A DNA stretch of 64,000 bases, taken from positions 500,241 through 564,240 of the forward strand of contig DIFF01000012.1 in NCBI GenBank assembly GCA_002419005.1. Reading direction: 5' to 3'. Both the position numbers and the translations under genes were made by a program. This DNA comes from Peptococcaceae bacterium UBA5755 (GTDB lineage: Bacteria > Bacillota > Dehalobacteriia > UBA4068 > UBA5755). Positions 30,941-40,384 of the stretch are shown here, piece by piece. Under the pieces are notes generated by a model that was not told the origin of the DNA, did no database searches, and saw only the letters and a program-made list of their open reading frames with translations. Numbering within the stretch: position 1 is the first letter of the stretch; each line of letters begins with the position of its first letter.

Positions 30941-32101
30941 CTATTTTAAGCCAATTTCTTTAAGATATTTGATTGCTCCGGCATGAAGCGGCATAATATA
31001 TTCGCCAAAATTAGCTAGCCTTTCCGGAGTGAATTCGGCTGTGCCGGGGTGAATATTCATCCAGTCTTTTTGGTGGGTAAACATGGTTTTAACGATTTGA
31101 TATATAGTGTCCTCTGAAACCTGGTCGTTGGTTAAAATACAGGTTCTGACAGCCACCACGGGCACATCTTCTTCATTGCTTTTATATGTTCCGCCTTTGA
31201 TGACCCTGTTATAAAGGATGGGCATATCTTCGATGATCTTTTGCATATATTTTGGCCCGATGGAAATTAGTTTTGCTTTTTCTGCCTGAGCAAGCTCTGT
31301 TACGCCCCCGGCCGGAATGCCAGCCAGGTATATGCCCACATCTACCGTGCCATTAGACAAAGCTTCCGTGGTTTCTTTCATATTCAAAAAATATTCGTCA
31401 ATATCATCATAGCTCATGTCATAAGCCTTTAAAATACCAGGCACAGCTACCATGGAGGTGTAGGAACCGGAAGAACCGACCCCCACTCTTTTGCCTTTTA
31501 AATCTCCTATGGAATTGATGCCAACATCTGTTCTAGCCACAACATGCACGAAGGATTTTTGGCCAACCATCATCATCCGCAAGCTGGTAAGTTTTCTATC
31601 AAATGGGTTTTGGCCAAGATAGGCATACTTAGCAATATCAGCAAGCACAAAACCCATTTGGCATCTGTTGCTGGCCACCAGCTTGGCATTTTCTACCGAG
31701 CCGGAGGTAGTTTCAACCGAGGCACTTGCGTTGTCCATATATTGCTCGATGATCTTCCGCATGCCGCGGGCATGGATATAGCTTGTGCCGCCTTCCTGAG
31801 AACCAGCAATTTTTTGGGCTTTGGTATATTCCGCTATCAGTATTCTTGCCGCATCAAAATCAACTTTTTCATTTGCAGCAAGCCTTTTAATTAAAGCAAT
31901 GTATGGCTCGTTTACCGCATCTTCGGTAATTTGGATTTTTTGAATCAATTTGTCTAAACGCAACCTGACTGTTGGATAGGTCACACCATATTGGGTTGCA
32001 ACCTCCTTTAGGGAACCGGATGCCATGATAAAATTTTTAATAAAGGACATATCTTTATCATCTAAATTTACCATCCAATCCGGAATTATTTCTACAGCCA
32101 T
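30941..32101 (-). CDS. cytoplasmic fusion protein: N-terminal DUF2089-like HTH plus a TAXI-family solute-binding domain (putative ligand-sensing transcriptional regulator)
   Basis: 386 aa with no signal peptide and no TM. The N-terminus has LKEVATQYGVTYPTVRLRLDKLIQKI (HTH). Residues ~100-386 are roughly 50% identical to the adjacent TAXI SBP (GGTSYI, SVETTSGSVENAKLV, CQMGFVLADIAKYAY). Confidence 0.6.
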   Translation of the reverse strand: MAVEIIPDWMVNLDDKDMSFIKNFIMASGSLKEVATQYGVTYPTVRLRLDKLIQKIQITEDAVNEPYIALIKRLAANEKVDFDAARILIAEYTKAQKIAGSQEGGTSYIHARGMRKIIEQYMDNASASVETTSGSVENAKLVASNRCQMGFVLADIAKYAYLGQNPFDRKLTSLRMMMVGQKSFVHVVARTDVGINSIGDLKGKRVGVGSSGSYTSMVAVPGILKAYDMSYDDIDEYFLNMKETTEALSNGTVDVGIYLAGIPAGGVTELAQAEKAKLISIGPKYMQKIIEDMPILYNRVIKGGTYKSNEEDVPVVAVRTCILTNDQVSEDTIYQIVKTMFTHQKDWMNIHPGTAEFTPERLANFGEYIMPLHAGAIKYLKEIGLK

Positions 32102-32520
32102 TTTATTGCCTCCTTTAATATTATTAATTATAGCCTTTAATTATGTTAAAGTCAATATTAAATTTTATTTTAAAATTATTAAAATTTTTGTATTATTTTG
32201 TTTTACAAGCTAAAAGCTTATATTAGTTGTATTTTTTAACAATAAAATTTTTTATTTTAATCAGTTTTTGTAAAATTTTAAACACTTTTGTTGAATATGC
32301 CCTAATTTTTATTACAAAATTCCAGCATAATATTTATATTATCCCAAAAAAAATATAAATATTATTATCACGTTTTTAAATATTTTATAACACCCCCTCC
32401 TTATAAATATTATTCAATAAAGCCACAAAGGCTGTAGATTCCTTTCACCGGAAATCGCCAGCCTTTGTAGTTTTCTGACCAGAAAAGTAAATTTATTCAC
32501 ATATTTGCATAAGCTCTGAT

Positions 32521-32823
32521 CTACTGAATAAGCTCTATTTTTGTGGCAGTAATCTGAACTGGGTAGCTCTCTCTAATTTCCGGCAGAATCGTTATTTTTA
32601 CGGTTTGCCCAATGACAAAGTTAAAGTCGTACTTTAGCTCTTTTGCATAACTCACACTTGCTATATCAAAGCCCACATCGTCTAATGTTGAGACAAGCAG
32701 CGAGTTATCATATACTTCTTCAATCGTTGCGGTAAAAGTGATCCTGCCTTCCGTAGTTTTGCCGCAGCCGGCAAAAACACATAAAAACAAAATGCAAATT
32801 AAAAAAATTGCCGTCTTTTTCAT
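32521..32823 (-). CDS. small lipoprotein of unknown function
   Basis: The signal and lipobox are LCVFAGCG. 100 aa. Confidence 0.5.
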   Translation of the reverse strand: MKKTAIFLICILFLCVFAGCGKTTEGRITFTATIEEVYDNSLLVSTLDDVGFDIASVSYAKELKYDFNFVIGQTVKITILPEIRESYPVQITATKIELIQ

Positions 32824-33094
32824 TTTGGCACCTCCTTGAGATATTATGCATTCAGTTTCTTAGACAATTTTTAATAATCTTTTATTTTTTTTGCCAAAAG
32901 CAAAAAAATAAAAGATTGCTTATTTTTAATTTTAATAAAATTATTAATAATTTTATTAAAATTAATATTTGACAAGCCCTCTGCCAAATCCTTCTTAAAT
33001 AAAATAAAGACCCACCCCAAAAAGAATGAATCTTTATTTTACCTAAAAAACATGAAATTAACCTAATTACACGATAGGCTTTTTAATTGTTAGG

Positions 33095-34246
33095 TCAAAA
33101 AGATGCCTCAAATGACTTATTATGTTTTTTCCGTTTTTTATCTTCGTACATCAATCTGTCTACTTGTTTAAAAAGCTCCTCTGCTTTCATGTGGGCATGA
33201 TAATCATATACAGCATAGCCCATACTAAAGAAAAGCTTATAAGGCTGAAAATAAGATTTGTTGTATTCATCAACACAGCTATTTATTCTGTCAACGGCAG
33301 CCTCCAGTTTGGTTTTGTTTGATATATCCAGAATAAAACAAAATTCGTCACCACCAATGCGGGCAATAAAATCATTTGCCCGCATGCATTTTTTAAACAG
33401 TTCGGCAGCAGTTTTAAGTGCCCCGTCCCCCATTTCGTGACCCAAAGTATCATTAATATTTTTAAAGTTATCAAAGTCCAACATAATAAGTGAAAAGGTT
33501 TTATTTTCGGTGCTTGCATTAATTTTTTCTCTTAATTTTGCTTCAAACTTCTCACGGTTGCTAATTTCTGTCAGATAATCGGTGTATATACTATAGTTCT
33601 GAATATTCAAATGTATAATAAGCAAAGACAAAACAATGATGTTTAATACAAATGAAAACCCGTAGATAGAAAGCTGCAGTACTGTACCTATACATGGAGG
33701 TATGCTAAAAAATATTAATGAATAAAAATGTTTTTTTTCGATTTTGTTTTGATTTTTAAAAACCAAAACAAAGGATGCAAGAAGCAAGGCAATTACCAGG
33801 ATTGCCGAAAATAAAAAATGCGGCCCTCTATGATAAATATTATTAGAATCTATATAATATATCCATCCGTTAAACTGAGATAATATAATTAGACCAGAAT
33901 TTATTATATTAAGGATACACAACGGATAAAACAAACGCTTAGTTTTCTCCTCATCATTATAAACTTGGTAATGAACATATGAAAACCAAAATGATGGCAG
34001 AATGGGATTTACAATAAAAAGAAATAAATTTGCCACATGATTAATAACAGGATAAATTGTATTAGGGTTACCGTCAAACCTGCCTAATATATCCAAAACC
34101 AATGCCAAAATAGTAAGTTTTACAAGATTTATATAAAGCTTATGCTGAAAAAAATTATTTTTGGCACCCTTTTGAGAATGGATAAGAATGACTATCAACA
34201 ATACTATGGAATAACTATTGATAACTATGTTATACGCTAAATTCAT
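33095..34246 (-). CDS. membrane diguanylate cyclase (GGDEF)
   Basis: An N-terminal domain with ~6 TM helices is followed by a C-terminal GGDEF domain with an intact RIGGDEF motif. Confidence 0.85.
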   Translation of the reverse strand: MNLAYNIVINSYSIVLLIVILIHSQKGAKNNFFQHKLYINLVKLTILALVLDILGRFDGNPNTIYPVINHVANLFLFIVNPILPSFWFSYVHYQVYNDEEKTKRLFYPLCILNIINSGLIILSQFNGWIYYIDSNNIYHRGPHFLFSAILVIALLLASFVLVFKNQNKIEKKHFYSLIFFSIPPCIGTVLQLSIYGFSFVLNIIVLSLLIIHLNIQNYSIYTDYLTEISNREKFEAKLREKINASTENKTFSLIMLDFDNFKNINDTLGHEMGDGALKTAAELFKKCMRANDFIARIGGDEFCFILDISNKTKLEAAVDRINSCVDEYNKSYFQPYKLFFSMGYAVYDYHAHMKAEELFKQVDRLMYEDKKRKKHNKSFEASF

Positions 34247-34812
34247 TTACTGCCTCCTTAAAAAATCCCGTTCTACCTTTCCACATGACTTGTTTTAAAT
34301 AATAAGCACTAAAAACAGTACTTATCCCCACCAGTTAGCAAAAAATAAATTTTTGTCCCCTTTTAATAGTATTACATAAAGATTTATTAAATTATAATTT
34401 AACCTATTAATTTATTATACAACATACTTTATACGAAAATAATACTTTACACAAAGATAATACATAAAAGCCACAAAAATATCAAGACCAAATGCAATTT
34501 TGATTCAAAAATGAAGCAAAGCTGTAATAAAAAGCATATATAACAGCAAGTTTTATTATATTAACTACATAGCTGAAGCCTCGTAAGAGGCAGTAAACGC
34601 ATAGGCGGCGTTCTGAAAAAGAAGCTGTTTTTTTATGCCTGGATATTATGCAATAGAGCCGAAAGCACCACAAAGGAAAGGCGTAATTAACGTATGGCAG
34701 TGTTTTGCGGGGAAAGTAACGATTTTGGCAACTTGACTCTACCCTTTTAATAACGTATAATAAATCATACAAATCATACTTTCTGAACTAAATTAGAAAA
34801 GAGGTTATATAT

Positions 34813-35073
34813 ATGAAGGGTCCGAAAGGAAAGCATGCTTGGACAGCAAAGGTTGGAGAAAAGGGTCAAATTGTTATTCCTAAAGAAGCACGAGATATTT
34901 TCGACATTAATCCGGGAGATACTCTGTTGCTTCTTGGAGACGAAAAAAGAGGACTTGCAATTGTCAAAGGAGATAAGTTTGCCGAACTGTTTTCACTGGT
35001 TTTAGATACGCAAGATATGGAGGGAAGAAATGATAACAGCGATACAAACGATCAATCTGACAAAAAAGTATAG
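34813..35073 (+). CDS. AbrB/MazE/SpoVT-family DNA-binding domain protein
   Basis: KGQIVIPKEARDIFDINPGDTLLLLGDE is a swapped-hairpin AbrB motif. The gene overlaps the downstream ABC ATPase gene. Confidence 0.7.
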   Translation: MKGPKGKHAWTAKVGEKGQIVIPKEARDIFDINPGDTLLLLGDEKRGLAIVKGDKFAELFSLVLDTQDMEGRNDNSDTNDQSDKKV

Positions 35074-35761
35074 AACCCGAACAGCCGTAAACGCCCTGAA
35101 TATGACTGTTTTTCAGGGTGAGCTTTTTTCTTTACTTGGAGTAAACGGTGCTGGAAAAACCACTACAATCAAAATGCTGTCCTGTGTATTATCTCCTACT
35201 TCCGGAAATGCAGTTTTGCTTGGCGACAGCATTATTTCAAACCCTCATAGTGTGAAGAATAAAATAAATATTTCCCCCCAGGAAACTGCGGTCGCCCGCA
35301 ATTTATCGGTGCGAGAGAATCTTGAAATGATTGCAGGGATATATGGAAACGACAAAACAACAGCACAAAGCAAGGCTGACACATTGATGTCTCTGTTTGG
35401 GCTTACCAAGGCAGCAAAAGATAAAACGAAAATACTATCTGGTGGAATGCAGCGACGGCTAAGTATTGCGATGGCACTCATCACCGAACCAAAAATATTG
35501 TTTTTGGATGAACCTACGCTCGGCCTTGATGTTCTAGCGAGACGTGAATTATGGGCAGTTATTGAAAAACTAAAGGGGAAAACCACAATAATTCTCACGA
35601 CCCACTATATGGAAGAAGCTGAAGCACTTTCAGACAGAATTGGGATTATGTCAAATGGCGAACTAAAAGCGGTTGGCACTGTTACGGAACTTATGCTGCA
35701 AACAAATACAAATTCTTTAGAAAATGCCTTTATAGCATTAGCAGCGGAAATGGGGGAGTAA
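35030..35761 (+). CDS. ABC transporter ATP-binding protein
   Basis: It has Walker A GVNGAGKTT, an LSGGMQRR signature and Walker B ILFLDEPT. Confidence 0.9.
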   Translation: MITAIQTINLTKKYRTRTAVNALNMTVFQGELFSLLGVNGAGKTTTIKMLSCVLSPTSGNAVLLGDSIISNPHSVKNKINISPQETAVARNLSVRENLEMIAGIYGNDKTTAQSKADTLMSLFGLTKAAKDKTKILSGGMQRRLSIAMALITEPKILFLDEPTLGLDVLARRELWAVIEKLKGKTTIILTTHYMEEAEALSDRIGIMSNGELKAVGTVTELMLQTNTNSLENAFIALAAEMGE

Positions 35762-35762
35762 A

Positions 35763-36500
35763 ATGAAAACAAGGGCTTTTGCGGTGCGGAACCGAAAAGA
35801 ACTTTTGAGAGACCCTTTGAATTTGGCTTTTGCACTTGGTTTTCCGCTCGTCGTACTGTTTTTGCTGTCTGCACTTCAAGCCAATATTCCTGAACCCATT
35901 TTCCCCATTACAACTCTCGCTCCGGGCATAACGGTCTTTGGCCTCTCTTTCATTTCACTGTTTTCAGGTATGCTGATTGCGAAAGACAGAAGTACATTAT
36001 TTTTGGTTAGGCTTATGGCTTCTCCTCTTACAGCTACAGGCTTTATAATCGGATATATTATGCCAATTATTCCAATGGCAATAGGCCAAAGTGCTATTTG
36101 TCTTATAGCGGCACTTTTTCTTGGGCTTAATTTAAGTATAAATGTTTTACTTGTACTTATCGTGTTTCTCCCCGCCGTCTTACTTTTTATAGGCATAGGA
36201 TTATTGGCAGGAACATTATTGAATGATAAACTAGTGGGAGGCATCTGCGGCGCTTTGCTTACCAATCTCAGCGCATGGCTTTCCGGTACTTGGTTCGATT
36301 TGGATCTTGTTGGAGGTACTTTTAAGTCGGTAGCATATCTTCTCCCCTTTGTTCATGCTGTGGATGCAGGGAAAGCAACGCTTGCAGGAAATTATGCACT
36401 GATTTTTCCACATTTGCTGTGGGTAACAGGTTATGCCATTGTTATATTGACAATTGCTATTACCGTATTTAGGTTAAAAATGAAAAACGCAACCATATAA
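35763..36500 (+). CDS. ABC-2 family transporter permease
   Basis: A membrane protein with 6 TM helices. It starts 2 nt after the ATPase stop. Confidence 0.8.
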   Translation: MKTRAFAVRNRKELLRDPLNLAFALGFPLVVLFLLSALQANIPEPIFPITTLAPGITVFGLSFISLFSGMLIAKDRSTLFLVRLMASPLTATGFIIGYIMPIIPMAIGQSAICLIAALFLGLNLSINVLLVLIVFLPAVLLFIGIGLLAGTLLNDKLVGGICGALLTNLSAWLSGTWFDLDLVGGTFKSVAYLLPFVHAVDAGKATLAGNYALIFPHLLWVTGYAIVILTIAITVFRLKMKNATI

Positions 36501-36528
36501 AAAATAATTAAATGAAAAATAATTAAAA

Positions 36529-36565
36529 ACAGGGCTTAAACTGTTAGTTTAAGCCCTGTTTTGCT
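36529..36565. terminator. bidirectional terminator (ABC permease and hsp20)
   Basis: ACAGGGCTTAAAC-TGTTA-GTTTAAGCCCTGT is followed by a T-run. Confidence 0.8.
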
Positions 36566-36578
36566 TTTTGTTTTAACT

Positions 36579-37007
36579 TTATTGGACATCAATTCTATGG
36601 CCTTTGATATCTCGAGGTTCTGTTTTTGGTACGGTTACTGATAATATGCCATCTTTATATTCTGCGGTGGCTTGGTCGGCTATCACATCTGCCGGCAGGG
36701 ATATGGTGCGGGAAAAACTGCCATAAGATCTTTCCGTTTTATAAACGTTATTTTCCTCGTATTCCTCGTTTTTCCGCGTCATCCCGCTTAATCGGATGGA
36801 GTCTTTGTCGATATAAACATTAAGATCCTCTTTTAAAACACCGGGGATTTCCGCCTTTAATATAACATCACCTTCTGTTTGATAAATATCGATTTTGGGG
36901 GAAGAAAAATGCGAAAAGGCTCTGAAGGGGTAAATATCAAACAAACTGTTTGTACCGTGTTCTATATTATCCAAACCCCTAAACTGGTTCCCTGGCACAA
37001 GATCCAT
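36579..37007 (-). CDS. Hsp20/alpha-crystallin family small heat-shock protein
   Basis: An alpha-crystallin domain is present with a GILSVTVPK-type C-terminus. Confidence 0.9.
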   Translation of the reverse strand: MDLVPGNQFRGLDNIEHGTNSLFDIYPFRAFSHFSSPKIDIYQTEGDVILKAEIPGVLKEDLNVYIDKDSIRLSGMTRKNEEYEENNVYKTERSYGSFSRTISLPADVIADQATAEYKDGILSVTVPKTEPRDIKGHRIDVQ

Positions 37008-37196
37008 TATGATTCCTCCTTAAAAATTTACTAATATTATTTTTTTATTATTCTCTGTTAAAAAAATAATATGCAAACTTTTATTTCTTCCCTCAAACAA
37101 AGTCAACTATCAAAAATAATTCCCTCCCCTAATGTAACATCCCGGGGTTTTACCGCATAGTTTTCAGTATATTTTCATATCAAAGAGGGACAAAGC

Positions 37197-38177
37197 ATGG
37201 GTAAATATCCCCCATGGGTATTACTCGCCTATCTTAACGGCAACAACGAATTGGCGCCGGAAATAAGCGCCGCCCAATATGATATAGAGGAAACAGCCCC
37301 GGGTATAGATACGGAAATATTGTTGCAGATCGGACGGCTGGATAAAAATATAGTAAAGATATTGAGGCCGAACGAAAAAACAGATGAAAAAGACTCCTGG
37401 CATGGTGTAAGGCTTTATCATATCAGCCAGGCCGCCTCCTCCTTAAAGGGAGAGCTAGCGAATCTAAATATGGCGGACCCAAAAAGTTTATATGGTTTTA
37501 TCGAATGGGGTATGCAAAATTATCCGGCTGAGCATTATATGCTCATTTTAAGTGGGCATTCCTGCGAGTATATTGGCATGATGAACGATTATAGCCAGGA
37601 TAAACCCTATATTATGGGTATTCCTGAAATTGCGCTGGTTCTGGAATATATCAAAAAAAACTTGGGCAAGAGTATTGATCTTTTGATTTTTGACACCTGC
37701 TTTTTTAATAATATTGAATTGCTGTATGAATTCGGCCAGTCTCCCGATTCTGCCGTAAAAACAATTTTAACATATCGGGACAATGCTCCCGCCGGCGGTC
37801 TTTCTTATAATGAAATCTTAAAATCTATGGATTATGAAGGGGAAAATTTAAATTCCTTTATCCAAAATTTGATCAATAATTCATCAAAAAACCTGATCGC
37901 ATACAATATAAATCAAACCTCTCTTGATAATATTAAAAAACTAGGAAACGCTGACGACACCGACAGCGAAGCTGTCGGGATTTTCGTCTGGGGCAACGAT
38001 AATGTGGAATCAGCCGTAAATATTAATATTCATGACAACCAAGTATATAATATCATTAACCCCACCGACGATAACAGCGGCATTAGAACCGTTGGCTACA
38101 CCTCCGACGTGAATATTGAAAGCAATACGATCAGTCCTATCATTAAAGAGGGAATACTCAAACGATTTTACCCATAG
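37197..38177 (+). CDS. clostripain-like (peptidase C11 family) cysteine protease domain protein
   Basis: A candidate His/Cys dyad is found at LILSGHSCEY / LLIFDTCFFNN. There is no signal peptide. Confidence 0.55.
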   Translation: MGKYPPWVLLAYLNGNNELAPEISAAQYDIEETAPGIDTEILLQIGRLDKNIVKILRPNEKTDEKDSWHGVRLYHISQAASSLKGELANLNMADPKSLYGFIEWGMQNYPAEHYMLILSGHSCEYIGMMNDYSQDKPYIMGIPEIALVLEYIKKNLGKSIDLLIFDTCFFNNIELLYEFGQSPDSAVKTILTYRDNAPAGGLSYNEILKSMDYEGENLNSFIQNLINNSSKNLIAYNINQTSLDNIKKLGNADDTDSEAVGIFVWGNDNVESAVNINIHDNQVYNIINPTDDNSGIRTVGYTSDVNIESNTISPIIKEGILKRFYP

Positions 38178-38242
38178 AGGTCAACAAGTTTTGGCTGATT
38201 GAAGATGGTATTGTTTATCAGGAATATACCAGCGGAAAACTA

Positions 38243-38596
38243 ATGAAGTCAGACTTTGCCGGGAATAACACCAAGGTTTTGGTGGATCAAAACCTTGGTA
38301 TGATCAATGTTTATGGCAACGATATTTATTATACGGTTACGGGCGAAGCGGGGCTCTTTTATATCGAAGCGCTAACGGGAACTGTAAAAAGGCCGAGCGA
38401 TATAGTAACGGACGATATTTTGATCAATCAGTCCGGCGTTTATTTTATCAACAAATCTTATGATGCAGGCATCTTTAAAATCAGCGGGGATAAGGTCTCT
38501 AAAATAGCCGACGGATTTATTCAAGAATATATTAATACTGACGGAGGGATTTTATATAACAAGCGGGGTTTTGCCGAGGTTTATTTAGCTAAGTAA
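38243..38596 (+). CDS. DUF5050-like beta-propeller repeat fragment. It may be the C-terminal part of the upstream peptidase gene, which would then be frameshifted.
   Basis: The reading frame extends upstream of its ATG as ...LIEDGIVYQEYTSGKL. The YYT / YFI repeat motifs are present. Confidence 0.4.
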   Translation: MKSDFAGNNTKVLVDQNLGMINVYGNDIYYTVTGEAGLFYIEALTGTVKRPSDIVTDDILINQSGVYFINKSYDAGIFKISGDKVSKIADGFIQEYINTDGGILYNKRGFAEVYLAK

Positions 38597-38832
38597 TATG
38601 TTATGAAAACTATTTAATTGTTTCCTCCCAACAACTTATCGCAATTGTAATCGCTTTTATTTGAATACCCCTCTACACTTAAACATAAAAATAATGCACA
38701 GCCTTTTTAGCTGTGTATTATTTGTTACCAAAATTATAATATATCCATAACCTTTTAAACGTGTAATTGTAATAATATGAAAGTAAAAAAGGTTATAATA
38801 TCCGCATAAAAGGGCAAAAAAGAAGCGCTTAG

Positions 38833-39190
38833 TTTCTGTAACAGTAATAATATCGGCAGTATTGAATATTGCACTGAAGAACATCTTCGTGAGGGAGCAC
38901 CCCGACATTCTGCGGCTGATTAGTGAGACAAGCTACAGCTTCCCCAGTGGTCACGCCATGATTAATGCCACCCTTTATACAATGCTCATCCTTTTATTTT
39001 TAAATATATCCGGAACAAACCCCTAAAAATCACCCTGGCCTCCGTCTGCACGGCACTTAACATTGTTATTGGCTTCAGCCGCATTTATTTGGGCGTACAT
39101 TATGCCGGGAACGTTTTGGGCGGCTGGCTGGTTGGTTTTGCAGTAGCGGTTTTTGCTTATTATATATGGAATAGTAAATTGTCAAAATAA
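38833..39190 (+). pseudogene. PAP2-family phosphatase remnant (C-terminal half, interrupted by a stop/frameshift)
   Basis: Translation gives ...ALKNIFVRERP...SFPSGHAMI...*, then in another frame ...GFSRIYLGVHYAGNVLGGW... These are PAP2 motifs 1-3 with no start codon and no N-terminal half. Confidence 0.6.
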
Positions 39191-39295
39191 TGAAAACCCT
39201 AAATCATTTTAAGCTCTGTTTTAAGTTTATCTCTTAATTTAAATACATAAATTACAAAGCAAGCTTTTTGAATTAATAATTTTGAGGAAATTATA

Positions 39296-40351
39296 ATGGG
39301 AAAAGAAGTAGAAATTTTTGCACTGATTCCGGCATATAAACCTGGAGATATGCTTATAAACCTGGCGAGGCAGATGTATGAGGCTGGGCTCAGGGTAGTT
39401 ATTGTGGATGATGGAAGCGGAAGCGGCTACGAATCGGTTTTCAGCAAGACGGAACCGTACGCTACCGTTCTCTCCTATTCTGAAAACCACGGCAAAGGAT
39501 ATGCCTTAAAAACAGGGCTGTCTTATATTGCTGAGCAAAAACTTACGTACTGCGTAATCGTGACGCTCGATGCAGACGGACAGCACCGTTTGGAAGATGT
39601 GTTACGCGTAAAGGATGAAGCTCTGAAGAACAAGGACAGTTTTGTGCTGGGCAGCCGCCGCCTTAGGGAAAATACACCTGCTAGGAGTCAGTTCGGAAAT
39701 ACAATCACAAGGTTTGTATTCAGGCTTTCTACTGGAAAAAAGATTCATGACACGCAGACCGGTCTGAGAGCATTTGGTTCAGATATGATCCCCTTTCTTT
39801 GTGGCATTGAAGGTGACAGGTATGAGTTCGAGATGAACGTTCTGCTCATGTGTGCCAAACATGATATTCCAATACATGAGATAGAAATCGAAACAATTTA
39901 CTTTGATAATAACGCAGGTTCTCACTTCAATACCATATCCGACTCATACCGCGTCTACGGTGAGATTCTAAAATTTGCCGCCTCGTCCTTTACCGGTTTT
40001 TTGGTGGATTACGGTATGTACAGTTTGCTTGTCATCCTGACCGCCGGACTCGGCACCGCTGTCAGTGTGCCGCTCTCTAATATTTGCGCCCGGGTGACAA
40101 GCGCAACGGTCAATTATTACATTAACCGCAGGTTTATATTTAAAAACAGAGACCGTGTCGCAAAAACAGCTACCTTGTATTTCACGCTGGCCGCGTGTAT
40201 TTTGGCCTTTAATACGTTACTGCTGGGCTTTCTGGTTGAAAAACTTTATATCAATAAATTTTTTGCCAAAATTATCACAGAAATTACTTTTTTTACATTA
40301 AGCTGGCTGGTGCAAAGATTTATTATTTTCCGCAAACACAAACGTAACTGA
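39296..40351 (+). CDS. family 2 glycosyltransferase fused to a GtrA-like membrane domain
   Basis: The N-terminal GT-A domain carries a VDDGS (DXD) motif. The C-terminus has 4 TM helices of the GtrA family. Confidence 0.85.
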   Translation: MGKEVEIFALIPAYKPGDMLINLARQMYEAGLRVVIVDDGSGSGYESVFSKTEPYATVLSYSENHGKGYALKTGLSYIAEQKLTYCVIVTLDADGQHRLEDVLRVKDEALKNKDSFVLGSRRLRENTPARSQFGNTITRFVFRLSTGKKIHDTQTGLRAFGSDMIPFLCGIEGDRYEFEMNVLLMCAKHDIPIHEIEIETIYFDNNAGSHFNTISDSYRVYGEILKFAASSFTGFLVDYGMYSLLVILTAGLGTAVSVPLSNICARVTSATVNYYINRRFIFKNRDRVAKTATLYFTLAACILAFNTLLLGFLVEKLYINKFFAKIITEITFFTLSWLVQRFIIFRKHKRN

Positions 40352-40384
40352 ATCTTCAAATATAAAACCGAAAGCAGGGTTGTT

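Noticed and set aside
34482-34772. A minus-strand 96-aa ORF in the GC-rich leader upstream of the AbrB-like gene
   Set aside because: It has no RBS, an odd Cys/Tyr/Arg-rich composition and no homology. The region is more likely non-coding.
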